Assembly (NCBI GenBank): GCA_040386535.1
Contig: JAZKFH010000008.1
Coordinates: 199,002-263,001, forward strand
DNA length: 64,000 nt
Direction of reading: 5' to 3'
From: Myxococcota bacterium
Lineage (GTDB): Bacteria > Myxococcota_A > UBA796 > SXON01
Numbering within the stretch: position 1 is the stretch's first letter; each line of letters starts with the position of its first letter. The translations under genes and the position numbers were made by a program. Of the stretch, positions 38,398 through 48,616 are shown piece by piece. The notes below the pieces were generated by a model that did no database searches, was not told where the DNA came from, and saw only the letters and a program-made list of their open reading frames with translations.

Positions 38398-40971
38398 ATG
38401 CTCCTGCTCGCCCTGCTCTCCTGCAAGCCCGAACCCGTGGTCAAGCCGGAGCCCGAGGTCGAAGCCTGCGATCCGGTCGCCGAGCAGGCGGACGCGCCCG
38501 CGCTCGTCCCCGGCGTGCCCCTCGCCGCCGCCGCCGAGGCCGCGCTGTTGCTCCCGGTCGGCACGCCGCTGTCCGGCTACACGAGCCGCTGCGACTGCTT
38601 CGGCAACAGCGGCGACGCCGATCGCCGCGACTCCGCCTACGCGTCCGAGTTCGCCGCCTCCGCCGGCGTCCAGACCGCCATCCCGGTCAAGGCGTTCTGG
38701 ATCACGAACGGCGACCAGGATCTCGTCATCCTCAAGATCGACCTCATCTACTCGTTCGACGGCCTCGTCGAGGAGATGGAGCGCCGCTTGTCGGCCGCCA
38801 CGGGCAAGGACCTGGACGGGAAGGTGGTGGTCACCACGAACCACTCCCACTCCAGCCACGGCGCCTTCAGCGATCAGATCACGTTCTACCTGGGGAGTGA
38901 CCGCTTCAACTACGAGGTGTTCACCCGCATGGCCGAGGCCGCCGAGGACGTGGCGATGGAGGCCCACGGCGCGCTCCAGCCCGCCAAGATCGGCGTCGGC
39001 TACGCCAAGGACTGGGATCCGGACGACCGGGTGTACCGCGACCGTCGTGACCACAACGACGACGTGCAGTTCTTCCCGGACATCCCCGCCGGCCGCTACA
39101 AGGACCCGAACCTCACGATGATGCGCATCGACACGCTCGATGACCAGCCGATCGGCGTGTTGTTCAACTTCGGCGTCCACGGGACCCTCCTCGGGGACGA
39201 CAACCCGATGATCAGCATCGAAGCGCCCGGGCACGTGGAGCGTGTGTTCCAGGAGCGGTTCGACACCCCGGTGGTCGTGGCGCTGCTCCAGGGCGCCGCG
39301 GGCGACGCGAGCCCGGGGGGCAGTGACGACGGCTACGCGCGGATGGAGAGCGTCGGCGAGTACGCCGCGGACGCGCTCGAGAGCTTGTGGACCTCGATCC
39401 CCACCGCGGCCGATCCGATCCGCCTCGAGACCACGTCCCGCTCGGTCGACCAGACGCACGACGCGATGCGCGTCACCCGCGGCGACACCGTGCTCCAGTA
39501 CACGCCCTTCATCGACGACGAAGACTTCGAGCCCGACAACATCATCTACGCCGACGACGGCTCCATCCTCTCGCCCATCGACGAGTACAACGTCGCCTAC
39601 GGCGGCGCGTTCTGCGGCGAGGATCCCGCCTACCTGCCCGGCTTCGCCCCCGCGTCGGTGTTCCCGTACGTCAACTGTGTCGACGTGAGCAAGATGGTGG
39701 CGGTGATCAAGGGCTTCTTCGATCTGACCGACGCCGAGGCCCAGCTCCCCATCCTCGAGAGCCGCGTGGCCGCCTTCACCGCGTCGCGCATGGGCCCCTT
39801 CCCCATCCGCGAGGCCGACGGCACGCAGACCACCGACGACTTCTTCATCGGCTTCTTCCCCGGCGAGGCCACGGCAACGTACACCGAGCAGTTCCGTCGC
39901 CGCGCCAAGGCCGAGCTCGGCTACGGCCACGCGATGGCGGTGGCGTACTCCCAGGATCACGAGGGCTACCTGCTCATCCCCGAGGATTGGCTCCAGGGCG
40001 GGTACGAGATCGACATCAACATCTGGGGCCCGCTCCAGGGCGAACACATCATGGAGAAGCTGCTCGAGGCGAGCGCCGAGGTGCTCTCCACCGACGTCGT
40101 CGAGCACCCCGATCCGTGCCAGCTGTACCCGTCGACCGACTACGAGTCCGTCGGCGCCTGGGCGCTCCCGGAGGTGGTGCCCGAGGCCACCCCCGAGGCC
40201 GGCACGCCGCTCGACACGCCGCCCGCCTACCTCTGGTCGCCGCTCTACACCGACGAGGAGCGCGACGCGGGCGTGTCGCCCGATCTGCTCGTCCCCGCAG
40301 TGCTCCCCCGCGTGCAGGGCATCGTGGAGATGGCGTGGACCGGCGGCGATCCCGGCGTCGACTACCCGGACGTGACGCTCGAGCGCCAGACCGACGCCGG
40401 CTGGGAGACCGTCCTGACCGCATCGGGGCGCCCCGTGTCGCGCGGGCCGGACATCCTCCTCACCCACACGCCCGATCCGCTCCTGCCCTTCACCGTCGTG
40501 CAGACGCACACCTGGTACGCCGCGTTCCAGGCCGTCGGCACGGTGGATGACCGCGCGGGCATCCCCGCCGGCACGTACCGCCTCCATGTCGTCGGGAACA
40601 CCTACACGGGCTCCTCCACGACGTACCCGTGGGACAGCACCGAGTACACCGTGGACAGCGCGCCGTTCGAGATCGTCCCCGCCACGATCGTCGTGACCGC
40701 GAGCGCCGGCGAGGTGACCGCGTCGTTGCCCGGCCCCGCGCGCGGCTGGCGGCTCATCGGCCTCGACGGCGCCTCCCGCGGCGACAACCCGCTCCCGGAC
40801 GACACTGCAACGCTGCGCATCGTCCAGGGAGACGGCAGCGACGCGATCGTAGAGGTGACTGGCTCCCGGAGCGGCAACGTCACGCACTTCACTGGCGTGG
40901 CGCTCGACGGCGCGGTCCGCGTCGAGGTCACCGACGTGTACGGAAACACCGGCGCGGTCGACCTGTTGTGA
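38398..40971 (+). CDS. Neutral/alkaline ceramidase-like lipoprotein
   Basis: Lipobox LLSC; GTPLSGY, TNHSHSS, FNFGVHGT, QGAAGDASP, FFPGE, HEGYL. Confidence 0.7.
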   Translation: MLLLALLSCKPEPVVKPEPEVEACDPVAEQADAPALVPGVPLAAAAEAALLLPVGTPLSGYTSRCDCFGNSGDADRRDSAYASEFAASAGVQTAIPVKAFWITNGDQDLVILKIDLIYSFDGLVEEMERRLSAATGKDLDGKVVVTTNHSHSSHGAFSDQITFYLGSDRFNYEVFTRMAEAAEDVAMEAHGALQPAKIGVGYAKDWDPDDRVYRDRRDHNDDVQFFPDIPAGRYKDPNLTMMRIDTLDDQPIGVLFNFGVHGTLLGDDNPMISIEAPGHVERVFQERFDTPVVVALLQGAAGDASPGGSDDGYARMESVGEYAADALESLWTSIPTAADPIRLETTSRSVDQTHDAMRVTRGDTVLQYTPFIDDEDFEPDNIIYADDGSILSPIDEYNVAYGGAFCGEDPAYLPGFAPASVFPYVNCVDVSKMVAVIKGFFDLTDAEAQLPILESRVAAFTASRMGPFPIREADGTQTTDDFFIGFFPGEATATYTEQFRRRAKAELGYGHAMAVAYSQDHEGYLLIPEDWLQGGYEIDINIWGPLQGEHIMEKLLEASAEVLSTDVVEHPDPCQLYPSTDYESVGAWALPEVVPEATPEAGTPLDTPPAYLWSPLYTDEERDAGVSPDLLVPAVLPRVQGIVEMAWTGGDPGVDYPDVTLERQTDAGWETVLTASGRPVSRGPDILLTHTPDPLLPFTVVQTHTWYAAFQAVGTVDDRAGIPAGTYRLHVVGNTYTGSSTTYPWDSTEYTVDSAPFEIVPATIVVTASAGEVTASLPGPARGWRLIGLDGASRGDNPLPDDTATLRIVQGDGSDAIVEVTGSRSGNVTHFTGVALDGAVRVEVTDVYGNTGAVDLL

Positions 40972-40981
40972 CGGCGCCCTC

Positions 40982-41590
40982 GTGAAGAAGTTCATCGCTG
41001 TCGCCGGCAACATGGGCGTCGGCAAGACCTCGCTCGTCGAGTTCCTGCACGCCCAGTACGGCTTCGAGCCGGTCTACGAGCCGTTCGCCAACAACCCCTA
41101 CCTCGACGAGTTCTACGCCGAGATGGGCAAGTGGGCGTTCCAGAGCCAGGTCTGGTTCCTCACGCACAAGTTCCGGTTGCACCTCGAGCTCAACGCCAAC
41201 AACGGCACCATCGTGCAGGACCGCACGATCTACGAGGACGCCGAGATCTTCGCGACCAACCTCGCCCGCGGCGGCCAGATGAGTGAGCGCGACTTCCGCA
41301 CGTACACCGAGCTCTACGAGGGCATGCGGCGCGCGTTGCAGCCGCCCGACCTGATGATCTACCTGCGGTGCTCCGTACCGGCGATCCGCAAACGCATCCG
41401 CCGCCGCGGCCGCGCGAGCGAGCAGGCCATCCCGCTCCCCTACCTCAAACGTTTGAACGCGCTCTACGACGAATGGATGGCCGGCTACACCCTCTCCCCG
41501 GTGATGATCTGGGAGAGCGACGACGCCGACTACCTCACGCACATCGTCGACAGGTTGGAGTTCAAGCGGTCGATCGAGCGGTTTTTGTAG
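40982..41590 (+). CDS. Deoxynucleoside kinase
   Basis: IAVAGNMGVGKT, NPYLDEFY, QDRTIYED, PDLMIYL, RIRRRGR. Confidence 0.92.
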   Translation: MKKFIAVAGNMGVGKTSLVEFLHAQYGFEPVYEPFANNPYLDEFYAEMGKWAFQSQVWFLTHKFRLHLELNANNGTIVQDRTIYEDAEIFATNLARGGQMSERDFRTYTELYEGMRRALQPPDLMIYLRCSVPAIRKRIRRRGRASEQAIPLPYLKRLNALYDEWMAGYTLSPVMIWESDDADYLTHIVDRLEFKRSIERFL

Positions 41591-41603
41591 AGTTGGATGT
41601 GTC

Positions 41604-41634
41604 TGGGGCAGGGGGTCTCCGACCCCCCGCAACG
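41604..41634 (+). repeat. REP-like palindrome, copy 2
   Basis: TGGGGCAGGGGGTCTCCGACCCCCCGCAACG just after the kinase stop codon. Confidence 0.55.
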
Positions 41635-41692
41635 CCCCCCCGTGATTTCGAGCTGTGTCGTGGCCCGCGATTCGGTCTCTGACACCGGTGAG

Positions 41693-41894
41693 GGCTCCGG
41701 CGCGGCAACAACTCGGGGGCTCGTGGTCGAGGGCCCGAGTTGTTGCCGGAGTTGTTGCCGTTTCGCGACTCGAACGAACACCGTGGGGATCGCGACGTAG
41801 AATTGTCGGCCTCCACCCGTTGCGGAGCCGGACCAGGTGGCTCCGGCGCGGCAACAACTCGGGGGCTCGTGGTCGAGGCCCCGCGTTGTTGCCG
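41693..41894. repeat. Two 56-bp direct repeats, each a hairpin
   Basis: 41693-41748 and 41839-41894: GGCTCCGGCGCGGCAACAACTCGGGGGCTCGTGGTCGAGG...GTTGTTGCCG. Confidence 0.8.
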
Positions 41895-42216
41895 TCGTCA
41901 CGCCGATGCCGACGCCGAGCACGCGGGAGGGGACCGGAGGGCGCCGCGGGCGCGCCGGGCTCCGGGGCCGAAGGCCGCGCTGGGATCTTTTGCCCGCGGC
42001 GGTCGGCCCGCGCGCGGCGGGCCGACGGAGCGGCTCGGCCGCGACCGCGGAGGGCACCGGCCCGGCCGTCCGCGGCCGGGTCCCGCCCTGCCCCGCCCGA
42101 TCCATCGCCAGCACCCGCCACGGCGCCGGGAACCAGGCCCAGCGATCGTCGAGCCACACGAGCCCGTCGATCGGGCCCCTTGCCGCCCCACCCCCCGCGG
42201 CGTAGAAAAGGCGCCC

Positions 42217-42414
42217 ATGTCCTACACCCGCCTCTTCGTCCTCGCCGCCCTGTTCGCCGCTTGCAGCGTGGGGCCGGATCTGCCGCACCCGGTGGCCTCC
42301 GACAAGTCGGCGGACACGGGGGACACGGGTGAGGTGGCCGACACGGACACGGACACCGATACGGACACCGACACCGACACGGACAGCGGGGACACGGACA
42401 CCGACGCGCGGTAA
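42217..42414 (+). CDS. Small lipoprotein with Asp-Thr tail
   Basis: MSYTRLFVLAALFAAC lipobox, then DTDTDT; 65 aa. Confidence 0.65.
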   Translation: MSYTRLFVLAALFAACSVGPDLPHPVASDKSADTGDTGEVADTDTDTDTDTDTDTDSGDTDTDAR

Positions 42415-42443
42415 TGGGCGCCCGGTCGTGCGGCCCGGAGCCC

Positions 42444-43607
42444 CTACCGCACGATGTATACGAGGTGCTTGAGGTACTCGGTCTCCGGCACGTTCGGCAG
42501 GATCGGGTGGTCGGGGGCCTGGCCGCCCCGCCGGAGCAGGACGGCGTGGCGCCCCGCCTGCCGGATACCGGCCACCACGGCCTCCTCGAAGCGTTCGGGC
42601 AGCACGTGGTGGGAGCACGAGGACGAGAAGAGCAGCCCGCCGGGGGCGAGCAGGCGCGCCGCTTGCGCGTTGACGGCCTTGTAGGCGCCGAGGGCGATGC
42701 CGGCCTTCTTGCGGGTCTTGGCGAAGGCCGGGGGATCGATGCAGACCACGTCGAAACGTTCGCCCGCGTCGAGCAGCGCGTCCATCGCGACGCGAGCATC
42801 GTCGTGGATCACGCGGAGGCGGTCCGAGACACCGTTGAGCTCGGCGTTGTCCGAGATGAGCGCGCACGCCGGGGCGCTCGCGTCGATGGTGACGGCGTCG
42901 GTCGCGCCGGCGACCAGGGCGTGCAGCGCCCACGCGCCGGTGTGGGCGTACACGTCGAGCACGCGCAGGCCCTTGCAGCGCGCGGCGCCGAACAGGCGGT
43001 TCTCGGCCTGGTCGAAGAAGAAGCCGGTCTTCTGGCCCGAGAGCGGGTCGGCCTGGAAGCGGACGCCGTTCTCGTCGAACGTCACCTTCTGCGGCACGTC
43101 TCCGAACCACACCTCGCTCTCGCCGATGGGCAGGCCCTCGAGGTCACGCGCGCCCACGTCGGTGCGGAGCACGGCGCCGCGGGGCGCGAGGACGGTCGCC
43201 AGCGCCTCCCGCAGGATGTCCTTGCGGCGATCCATGCCGAGGGTGGTGATCTGGGCCACCAGCACGTCCTCGTAGCGGTCCACGATGAGGCCGGGGAGGC
43301 CGTCGGCCTCGCCCGCGCAGACCCGGTAGGAGCGCCGGCCCGGGAGCACGCGCTCGCGTAGCGCCAGGGCGGCGGCGAGGCGCTTGATGTACAGCGCGGG
43401 GGTGTCGAGATCGCCCTCGCCGCGGGTCACGAGGCGGATCGTGATGAGCGAGTGCGGATTGCAGTAGCCCCGGCCCAGCACGCGCCCCGAGGAATCGACC
43501 ACCTCGACGGCCTCCCCGGGGGGCAAGGCGGCGACCGGCGGGTCGATCACCTCGTTGGCGAAGATCCAGGGGTGACCAGGGCGGGAACGGACGCGCACAC
43601 GAAGCAT
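42444..43607 (-). CDS. rlmI: 23S rRNA m5C1962 methyltransferase-like
   Basis: GHPWIF PUA start, EADGLPGLIVDRY, GQKTGFFFDQ, FDVVCIDPPAF, SCSHH, PETEYLK. Confidence 0.9.
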   Translation of the reverse strand: MLRVRVRSRPGHPWIFANEVIDPPVAALPPGEAVEVVDSSGRVLGRGYCNPHSLITIRLVTRGEGDLDTPALYIKRLAAALALRERVLPGRRSYRVCAGEADGLPGLIVDRYEDVLVAQITTLGMDRRKDILREALATVLAPRGAVLRTDVGARDLEGLPIGESEVWFGDVPQKVTFDENGVRFQADPLSGQKTGFFFDQAENRLFGAARCKGLRVLDVYAHTGAWALHALVAGATDAVTIDASAPACALISDNAELNGVSDRLRVIHDDARVAMDALLDAGERFDVVCIDPPAFAKTRKKAGIALGAYKAVNAQAARLLAPGGLLFSSSCSHHVLPERFEEAVVAGIRQAGRHAVLLRRGGQAPDHPILPNVPETEYLKHLVYIVR

Positions 43608-43644
43608 GGAACCGCGTCTATCGCAAACGCGGTACACAGCACGG

Positions 43645-44211
43645 ATGCGCCTGGTCTCCTCGGTGTTCGCGCTGGCCGTGCTCGGCTGCTGTTTCGGCCC
43701 CTCGGTGGAGGCGCCGCCGGCCCCCGCGCCTGTCGCCCCCTCGCCGCTCTCGCAGGCGCTCCAAGGAATGGGCGCCGCGGACGCCACGAGTACGCCGGTC
43801 GTGCCGGCCCCCGCGCTCGACACGCCCGCGCCCGTCCCCGCCGCCGTCCCCGCCGCCGTCCCCGCCGCCGTCCCCGCCGCCCTCCCCGCGCCGGCCTCCC
43901 CCGGCGCCCCGCTCTCGCCCGCGTGCGCCGAGGCCCAGGCCGCCCGCGAGGCGATTCGTGCCGAGCTCCGCGACCTCCGGCTCACCCTCGGGGGTGACTC
44001 CACGGCGCGGGTCGAGGCCGCCGGCGCCGCGATGATGGCGTGCAACAAGGATCCGGACTGTGTGCGCGATGCGAAGGTGCGCATGGCCAAGGTCGAGGCC
44101 TACGACCGCGCCAAGGCCGTGCTCGCGGCCGAGACCACCCATCTCGCCGAAGCCGAGGTCGGGCTCTACGGCGCCGACCAGCGCGTCGTCAGCGCCTGCG
44201 GAGCCCCGTGA
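43645..44211 (+). CDS. Hypothetical lipoprotein, Pro/Ala linker plus helical domain
   Basis: VLGC lipobox; AAVP repeats; stop overlaps the next start. Confidence 0.6.
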   Translation: MRLVSSVFALAVLGCCFGPSVEAPPAPAPVAPSPLSQALQGMGAADATSTPVVPAPALDTPAPVPAAVPAAVPAAVPAALPAPASPGAPLSPACAEAQAAREAIRAELRDLRLTLGGDSTARVEAAGAAMMACNKDPDCVRDAKVRMAKVEAYDRAKAVLAAETTHLAEAEVGLYGADQRVVSACGAP

Positions 44212-45515
44212 ACAACCGCATCGACCCGATCTACCAGCGCTTCGTCGCGCGCCCGACCACCCCCGCGCTCCTGCGCCGCGTCCTGATGAGCATTGCGCTC
44301 TACGCGCGCGAAGTGGCCCGTGACCAGGTGCACGTCCGCGCCGCCACGCTCTCCTACTGGTCGCTCGTCGCGATCGTCCCCGCGCTGTTGTTGGCCGCCG
44401 CCGTGCTCCAGCCGCTCGGCGCCGAGGCCGGCGCGCCCATCCGCGAGCTGCTCTTCAACGCGCTCCTCGCGGGCGCCGTGCGCAACGTGGGCGCCACGGT
44501 CGACGGCTGGCTCGCCCAGGTCGACGTCGCGAGCCTCGGCATCGTCGGCATCATCGCGGTCACCTTCACCGCGTCGCGCATCTACTTCAGCGTCGAGGAG
44601 GCCTACAACGCCCTCTGGAACGTGCGGAGCAAGCGCTCCCTCATCCGACGCCTCGCGTTGTTCTACGCCGTCCTCACCCTCGGGCCGCTGTTCATCGCGC
44701 TCGGCTTCAAGCTCACCGGGAGCATCCAGGAGGCCACGGGGCTGGCCTCCGTGAGCCTCGCGCTGCCGCTGCTGCTCACGACGACAGCGTTCGTCGGCGG
44801 CATCAAGGCGCTCCCCGACACGGAGGTGCGCTGGGGCCCCTCGCTGGTCGGCGGGCTCGCCTCCGCCATGCTCTTCGAGCTCGCCAAGGTCGGCTTCAAC
44901 GCCTACGTCAACGTGCTCGGCGCGGGTGATGCCGCGTCCGCCATCTACGGCTCGCTCGCCCTGTTCCCGGTCTTCCTGCTCTGGCTCTTCCTCCTCTGGA
45001 ACATCGTCCTGTTCGGGGTGGAGCTGGCCTACGTGGTGCAGCGGTACGACGTGTTGTACGGCGCCGAGGTCAGCCACCTCGAGGGCGACGGCCATCAGCG
45101 CCGCCATCCCGACGCGCTCTTCGCGCTCCAGTGCCTGCTCGTCGTCGCGCACCGGTACGCGGCCGGAGAGGGCCCGACCACCGAGCCGATCGTGACGCTG
45201 ACGCTCAAGAGCGAGCCCGCCCACGTGCGCAACGCGCTCGAGACGCTGGAGGACGCCGGAGTGCTCGCGGAGAGCCTGACTGGTTTTCTCCCCGCGCAGC
45301 CGCTCGAGCGCGTGTCGCTCCGGGACATCATCGTGCGCTACCGCACGCTCACGCGCCCTTCGGTCGCCGAAGATGCTGTCGGGACGGGCTTCGTGACGGA
45401 GCTGCTCTCGGGGCCGGCCAGCCTGCTCGACACGACGCTGCTCCAGATGGTGGAGTCGCCGCCGCTCGACCTCGCCGTGCTCAACGGGGCGGCCCCGGCG
45501 GGCGTCCGCGCGTGA
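44208..45515 (+). CDS. YihY/BrkB family membrane protein with C-terminal wHTH-like domain
   Basis: RAATLSYWSL, EEAYNALW, IYGSLALFPVFLLWL..WNIVLFG. Confidence 0.88.
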   Translation: MNNRIDPIYQRFVARPTTPALLRRVLMSIALYAREVARDQVHVRAATLSYWSLVAIVPALLLAAAVLQPLGAEAGAPIRELLFNALLAGAVRNVGATVDGWLAQVDVASLGIVGIIAVTFTASRIYFSVEEAYNALWNVRSKRSLIRRLALFYAVLTLGPLFIALGFKLTGSIQEATGLASVSLALPLLLTTTAFVGGIKALPDTEVRWGPSLVGGLASAMLFELAKVGFNAYVNVLGAGDAASAIYGSLALFPVFLLWLFLLWNIVLFGVELAYVVQRYDVLYGAEVSHLEGDGHQRRHPDALFALQCLLVVAHRYAAGEGPTTEPIVTLTLKSEPAHVRNALETLEDAGVLAESLTGFLPAQPLERVSLRDIIVRYRTLTRPSVAEDAVGTGFVTELLSGPASLLDTTLLQMVESPPLDLAVLNGAAPAGVRA

Positions 45516-47026
45516 AGCGGCTGCTGTACGCCGTCCTCGGGGTGCTCGGGGCGGTGGCGGTGGGCGCCGCCGCGGCTCCGACGATGGTGAGCTGGGTCTT
45601 GGCGCGGCGCGCGGTGGAGGTCGACGGGATCGGCTGGTGCGCCGAGGGGATGTGCCTCACCGGGATCACCCGCGGGGACGCGCGGGCTGCGGGCGCCGTG
45701 GTGCGCTGGGACCGCGTCGTGCGGGTGGTGGACGTCGTGGTGCCGCTCGCGCTGGTCACCGCGGAGGTGGGCGGGGGTGGGGTTGGTGTCACGGCCGGGG
45801 GGCTCGGCTCCTACCTGCTCGTTGCCATCGACGTCGAGGGGCTCCTCGTCGACGGCGCGCCGCTTCCGTCGCTCTCGGGCCGTGTGTGGCCCACACGCCT
45901 CCTCGTGGGCGATGGGGTCGAGATCCGTGACGACACCGTGCGCGCGAGCGTCCAGACGGAGGTGGGGGCGGTCGAGCTCAAGGCCACCCCGACCGACGGC
46001 GCGGTGGCGATCGACGCGTGGTGCCGCGCCTGCCGCGTGCCCCCGCCCAGCGAGGCCGACGCCCCGCTCGTGCTCCCGGACGCGCACGCGGTGGGCGTGT
46101 GGGCGAACGGGGCCTTCACCGGGACGGTGCAGATCGGCGCGGTCGAAGCGGGCGTGACGGCCACCCGGAACGACGGCGGTCTCGTCCTCGTGCGCCTCGT
46201 CGTGCCCGAGACGCCCATCGCGGAGGTCTACGCGCTCTTCGCGCCCATCGTGCCCGAGCTGGCGAAGGCGCGCATCGGCGGCACCGTGCGCGCCGAGGTG
46301 GACGCGACGTGGCCCGGCGGCCTCACGCGCCTCGAGCCCGTGCTGGCGGGGTTCACCGTCGACGGGCTCGTGGCCGAGGGCCTCGCGGGCGGCCCGTTCT
46401 CCTTTCGCGCTCGCGACGCCGCCGGCGAGCAGGTGCTGGTCACGACGGGGGAGGGGGCGCCCGGGTGGGTGCCGCTGGGGCTCCTCGGGCCGTGGCTGCC
46501 CGCCGCCGTGATCGCGGCCGAGGACGCCGGCTTCCGCGAGCACGCCGGCTACGACCTGGCGGGCATGCGGGAGGCGGCGGCGAAGAACGCGGAAGAGGGC
46601 GCGGTCGTGCGCGGCGGGAGCACGCTCACCCAGCAGCTCGCCAAGAACCTGTTCCTCGACGGCACCCGCAGCTACGCACGGAAGCTGCGCGAGCTGCTCT
46701 ACGCGGTGGAGATGGAGCGCGAGCTCGGCAAGCGGCGCATCCTCGAGGTGTACCTGAACGTGGTCGAGTTCGGCCCCGGGCTGCGCGGCGCCCGCGCGGG
46801 CGCGGACACCTACTTCCTCAAGGCCCCCGCCGGCCTCTTGCCCGAGGAGGCGGCGTGGCTCGCGAGCATCCTGCGCTTCCCCCGCACGGCGTGGCGCAAG
46901 CAGTACCTCGCCGACCGGCCCGACGATCGGCGCGTGGACTGGATCCTGGAGAACCTGCGCGGCGTGCCGGAGGCGGCGCGGGTGGCGGCGATCGGGCGGC
47001 CGGTGCGGTTGGTGCCGCCGCCGTAG
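45512..47026 (+). CDS. Peptidoglycan transglycosylase (GT51, MtgA-like C-terminal domain)
   Basis: AAEDAGF..H.G, RGGSTLTQQLAKNLFL, RKLRE, KRRILEVYLNVVEFG. Confidence 0.88.
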   Translation: MKRLLYAVLGVLGAVAVGAAAAPTMVSWVLARRAVEVDGIGWCAEGMCLTGITRGDARAAGAVVRWDRVVRVVDVVVPLALVTAEVGGGGVGVTAGGLGSYLLVAIDVEGLLVDGAPLPSLSGRVWPTRLLVGDGVEIRDDTVRASVQTEVGAVELKATPTDGAVAIDAWCRACRVPPPSEADAPLVLPDAHAVGVWANGAFTGTVQIGAVEAGVTATRNDGGLVLVRLVVPETPIAEVYALFAPIVPELAKARIGGTVRAEVDATWPGGLTRLEPVLAGFTVDGLVAEGLAGGPFSFRARDAAGEQVLVTTGEGAPGWVPLGLLGPWLPAAVIAAEDAGFREHAGYDLAGMREAAAKNAEEGAVVRGGSTLTQQLAKNLFLDGTRSYARKLRELLYAVEMERELGKRRILEVYLNVVEFGPGLRGARAGADTYFLKAPAGLLPEEAAWLASILRFPRTAWRKQYLADRPDDRRVDWILENLRGVPEAARVAAIGRPVRLVPPP

Positions 47027-47043
47027 GGTGCTATCAGTTTGTC

Positions 47044-47191
47044 ATGCAAGCCGTAGAACGTCCTCCGCCCGCCGAGCGCCCACCGGCGTTGAACCTCGTC
47101 CTCTCCGACGCGCCGGTCGCGAGCACCTGGTCGCGCGAGGAGTTGTACGATGACGATGGGCGTTGAGACGTTCATGGTCGGCGTGGGCTGA
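47044..47191 (+). pseudogene. Possible remnant of a VapB/VapC-like toxin-antitoxin pair
   Basis: Short ORF ending WSREELYDDDGR overlaps a 13-codon stub MTMGVETFMV. Confidence 0.35.
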
Positions 47192-47272
47192 GCGCCTTCT
47201 CACGGGCTCGCACCGGCGCCGCCTCAAGTTCCCTCCGACGCCGTTCGATAGGGTGTGTGGGAAGGAGTGGCC

Positions 47273-48391
47273 ATGCAGGAGCCCGTCGTATTGCTCGTCG
47301 ATGACGAGGAGCTCGTCACCGAGGGGCTCGCGCGCGCGCTCTTCGCCGAGCCGTTCCGCGTCCTCTCCGCGTCGTCCGCCGGGCGGGCGCTCGGGATCCT
47401 GGCCCGCGAGCGGGTCGACGTCATCGTGTCCGACGAGCAGATGCCGGAGGTGTCCGGCTCGGAGCTCCTGACCGAGGTGCGCGTCCGCTACCCCGACGTC
47501 CAGCGGATCATGCTCACCGGGCGCGCCAGCCTCGACACGACGATCCGCGCCATCAACGACGCCGGCGTGTTCCGCTTCCTCCGCAAGCCGTGCGCCACGC
47601 CGGACATGGTGGCGACCCTCCACGCCGCGCTCGACGCCCGGAACGGGGTCCGCGGCGCGGCGCTCCGCCACGAGGCCCGTGACGCCTCGTTCGACGCGGC
47701 GTTGGACACCCTGACCTTGTGTTTCCAACCGATCTTCCGGTGCTCCACCGGCGAGGCCACCGCGGTGGAGGTGCTGACGCGTGTGCATCACGACGCGTTC
47801 GCCTCCATCCTGGAGCTGCTCGACGCCGCCGAGCGCCTCCGCCGCATGCCCGATCTCGAGCGCGCCATCTTCCTCCGCGTCGCGGCGGCCATGCCCCAGT
47901 TGCCCCACGACATCGACGTCTTCGTGAATGTCCACCCGACGAGCCTCGCCGTCGAGGATCTCTGGGACGAGCGCTCGTCGCTCGGCCGTTGGCTCCCGCG
48001 GCTCACGATCGAGGTCACGGAGCGCGCGATGGTGCACGAGGGCGCGGGCCTCGACCGCGTATTGGCGCAGCTCCGCGCCCGCGGCGCCCGCATCGCCCTC
48101 GACGACCTCGGCGCCGGCTCCTCGGGCCTCGCGGCGCTCGGCGCCATCAGCCCCGACGTGGTCAAGCTCGACATGTCGCTGGTCCGTGGGCTCGACACCT
48201 CGTCCGCCCGCCGGGAGATCGTCGCGTCGCTCATCCGGCTCTCCCATCGTCTCGGCATGCGCGTGGTGGCCGAGGGCGTCGAGTCGCCCGCCGAACGTGA
48301 TCTGCTCGTGGCCCTCGGCTGCGATCTGCTCCAGGGCTACCTCCTGGGGAGGCCTGGGCCCATCGAGGGCGTGCGCGGAATATCGGCCTGA
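47273..48391 (+). CDS. Response regulator receiver + EAL c-di-GMP phosphodiesterase
   Basis: LLVDDE, SDEQMP, FQPI..EVLTR, FVNVHP, IEVTE, ALDDLGAG, VKLD, AEGVE, LQGY. Confidence 0.9.
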   Translation: MQEPVVLLVDDEELVTEGLARALFAEPFRVLSASSAGRALGILARERVDVIVSDEQMPEVSGSELLTEVRVRYPDVQRIMLTGRASLDTTIRAINDAGVFRFLRKPCATPDMVATLHAALDARNGVRGAALRHEARDASFDAALDTLTLCFQPIFRCSTGEATAVEVLTRVHHDAFASILELLDAAERLRRMPDLERAIFLRVAAAMPQLPHDIDVFVNVHPTSLAVEDLWDERSSLGRWLPRLTIEVTERAMVHEGAGLDRVLAQLRARGARIALDDLGAGSSGLAALGAISPDVVKLDMSLVRGLDTSSARREIVASLIRLSHRLGMRVVAEGVESPAERDLLVALGCDLLQGYLLGRPGPIEGVRGISA

Positions 48392-48398
48392 GTGTTCT

Positions 48399-48425
48399 TG
48401 GGGCGGGGGGCGGGCCCCCCGCAAC
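48399..48425 (+). repeat. REP-like palindrome, copy 3 (interrupted by the MITE)
   Basis: TGGGGCGGGGGGCGGGCCCCCCGCAAC; the motif continues as AACGCCCCCC after 48616. Confidence 0.55.
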
Positions 48426-48616
48426 GAGCCTGTGAAGCAATCCCCCGTTGGGGAGTCTGGGGAGAAACCGGAGAGCCCGACGGGGGCGGCTCCCGGCGCA
48501 GTGCGGCCCCGGTGGCCCGGTGGGGCCCCCTTGGGGGGGACCGGGACGGGTCCCGGGACGCGATTCTCTGCGGCGGGAGCCGTGCCCGGCGGGACGGGGG
48601 ATTGCTTCACAGGCTC
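48426..48616. mobile_element. 191-bp MITE with perfect 23-bp TIRs and AAC target duplication
   Basis: GAGCCTGTGAAGCAATCCCCCGT (48426-48) and its exact reverse complement (48594-616); AAC on both flanks. Confidence 0.8.

Noticed and set aside
41693..41894. CRISPR array
   Set aside because: Only two units; the 56-bp repeat and 90-bp spacer are atypical; no cas genes in the window.
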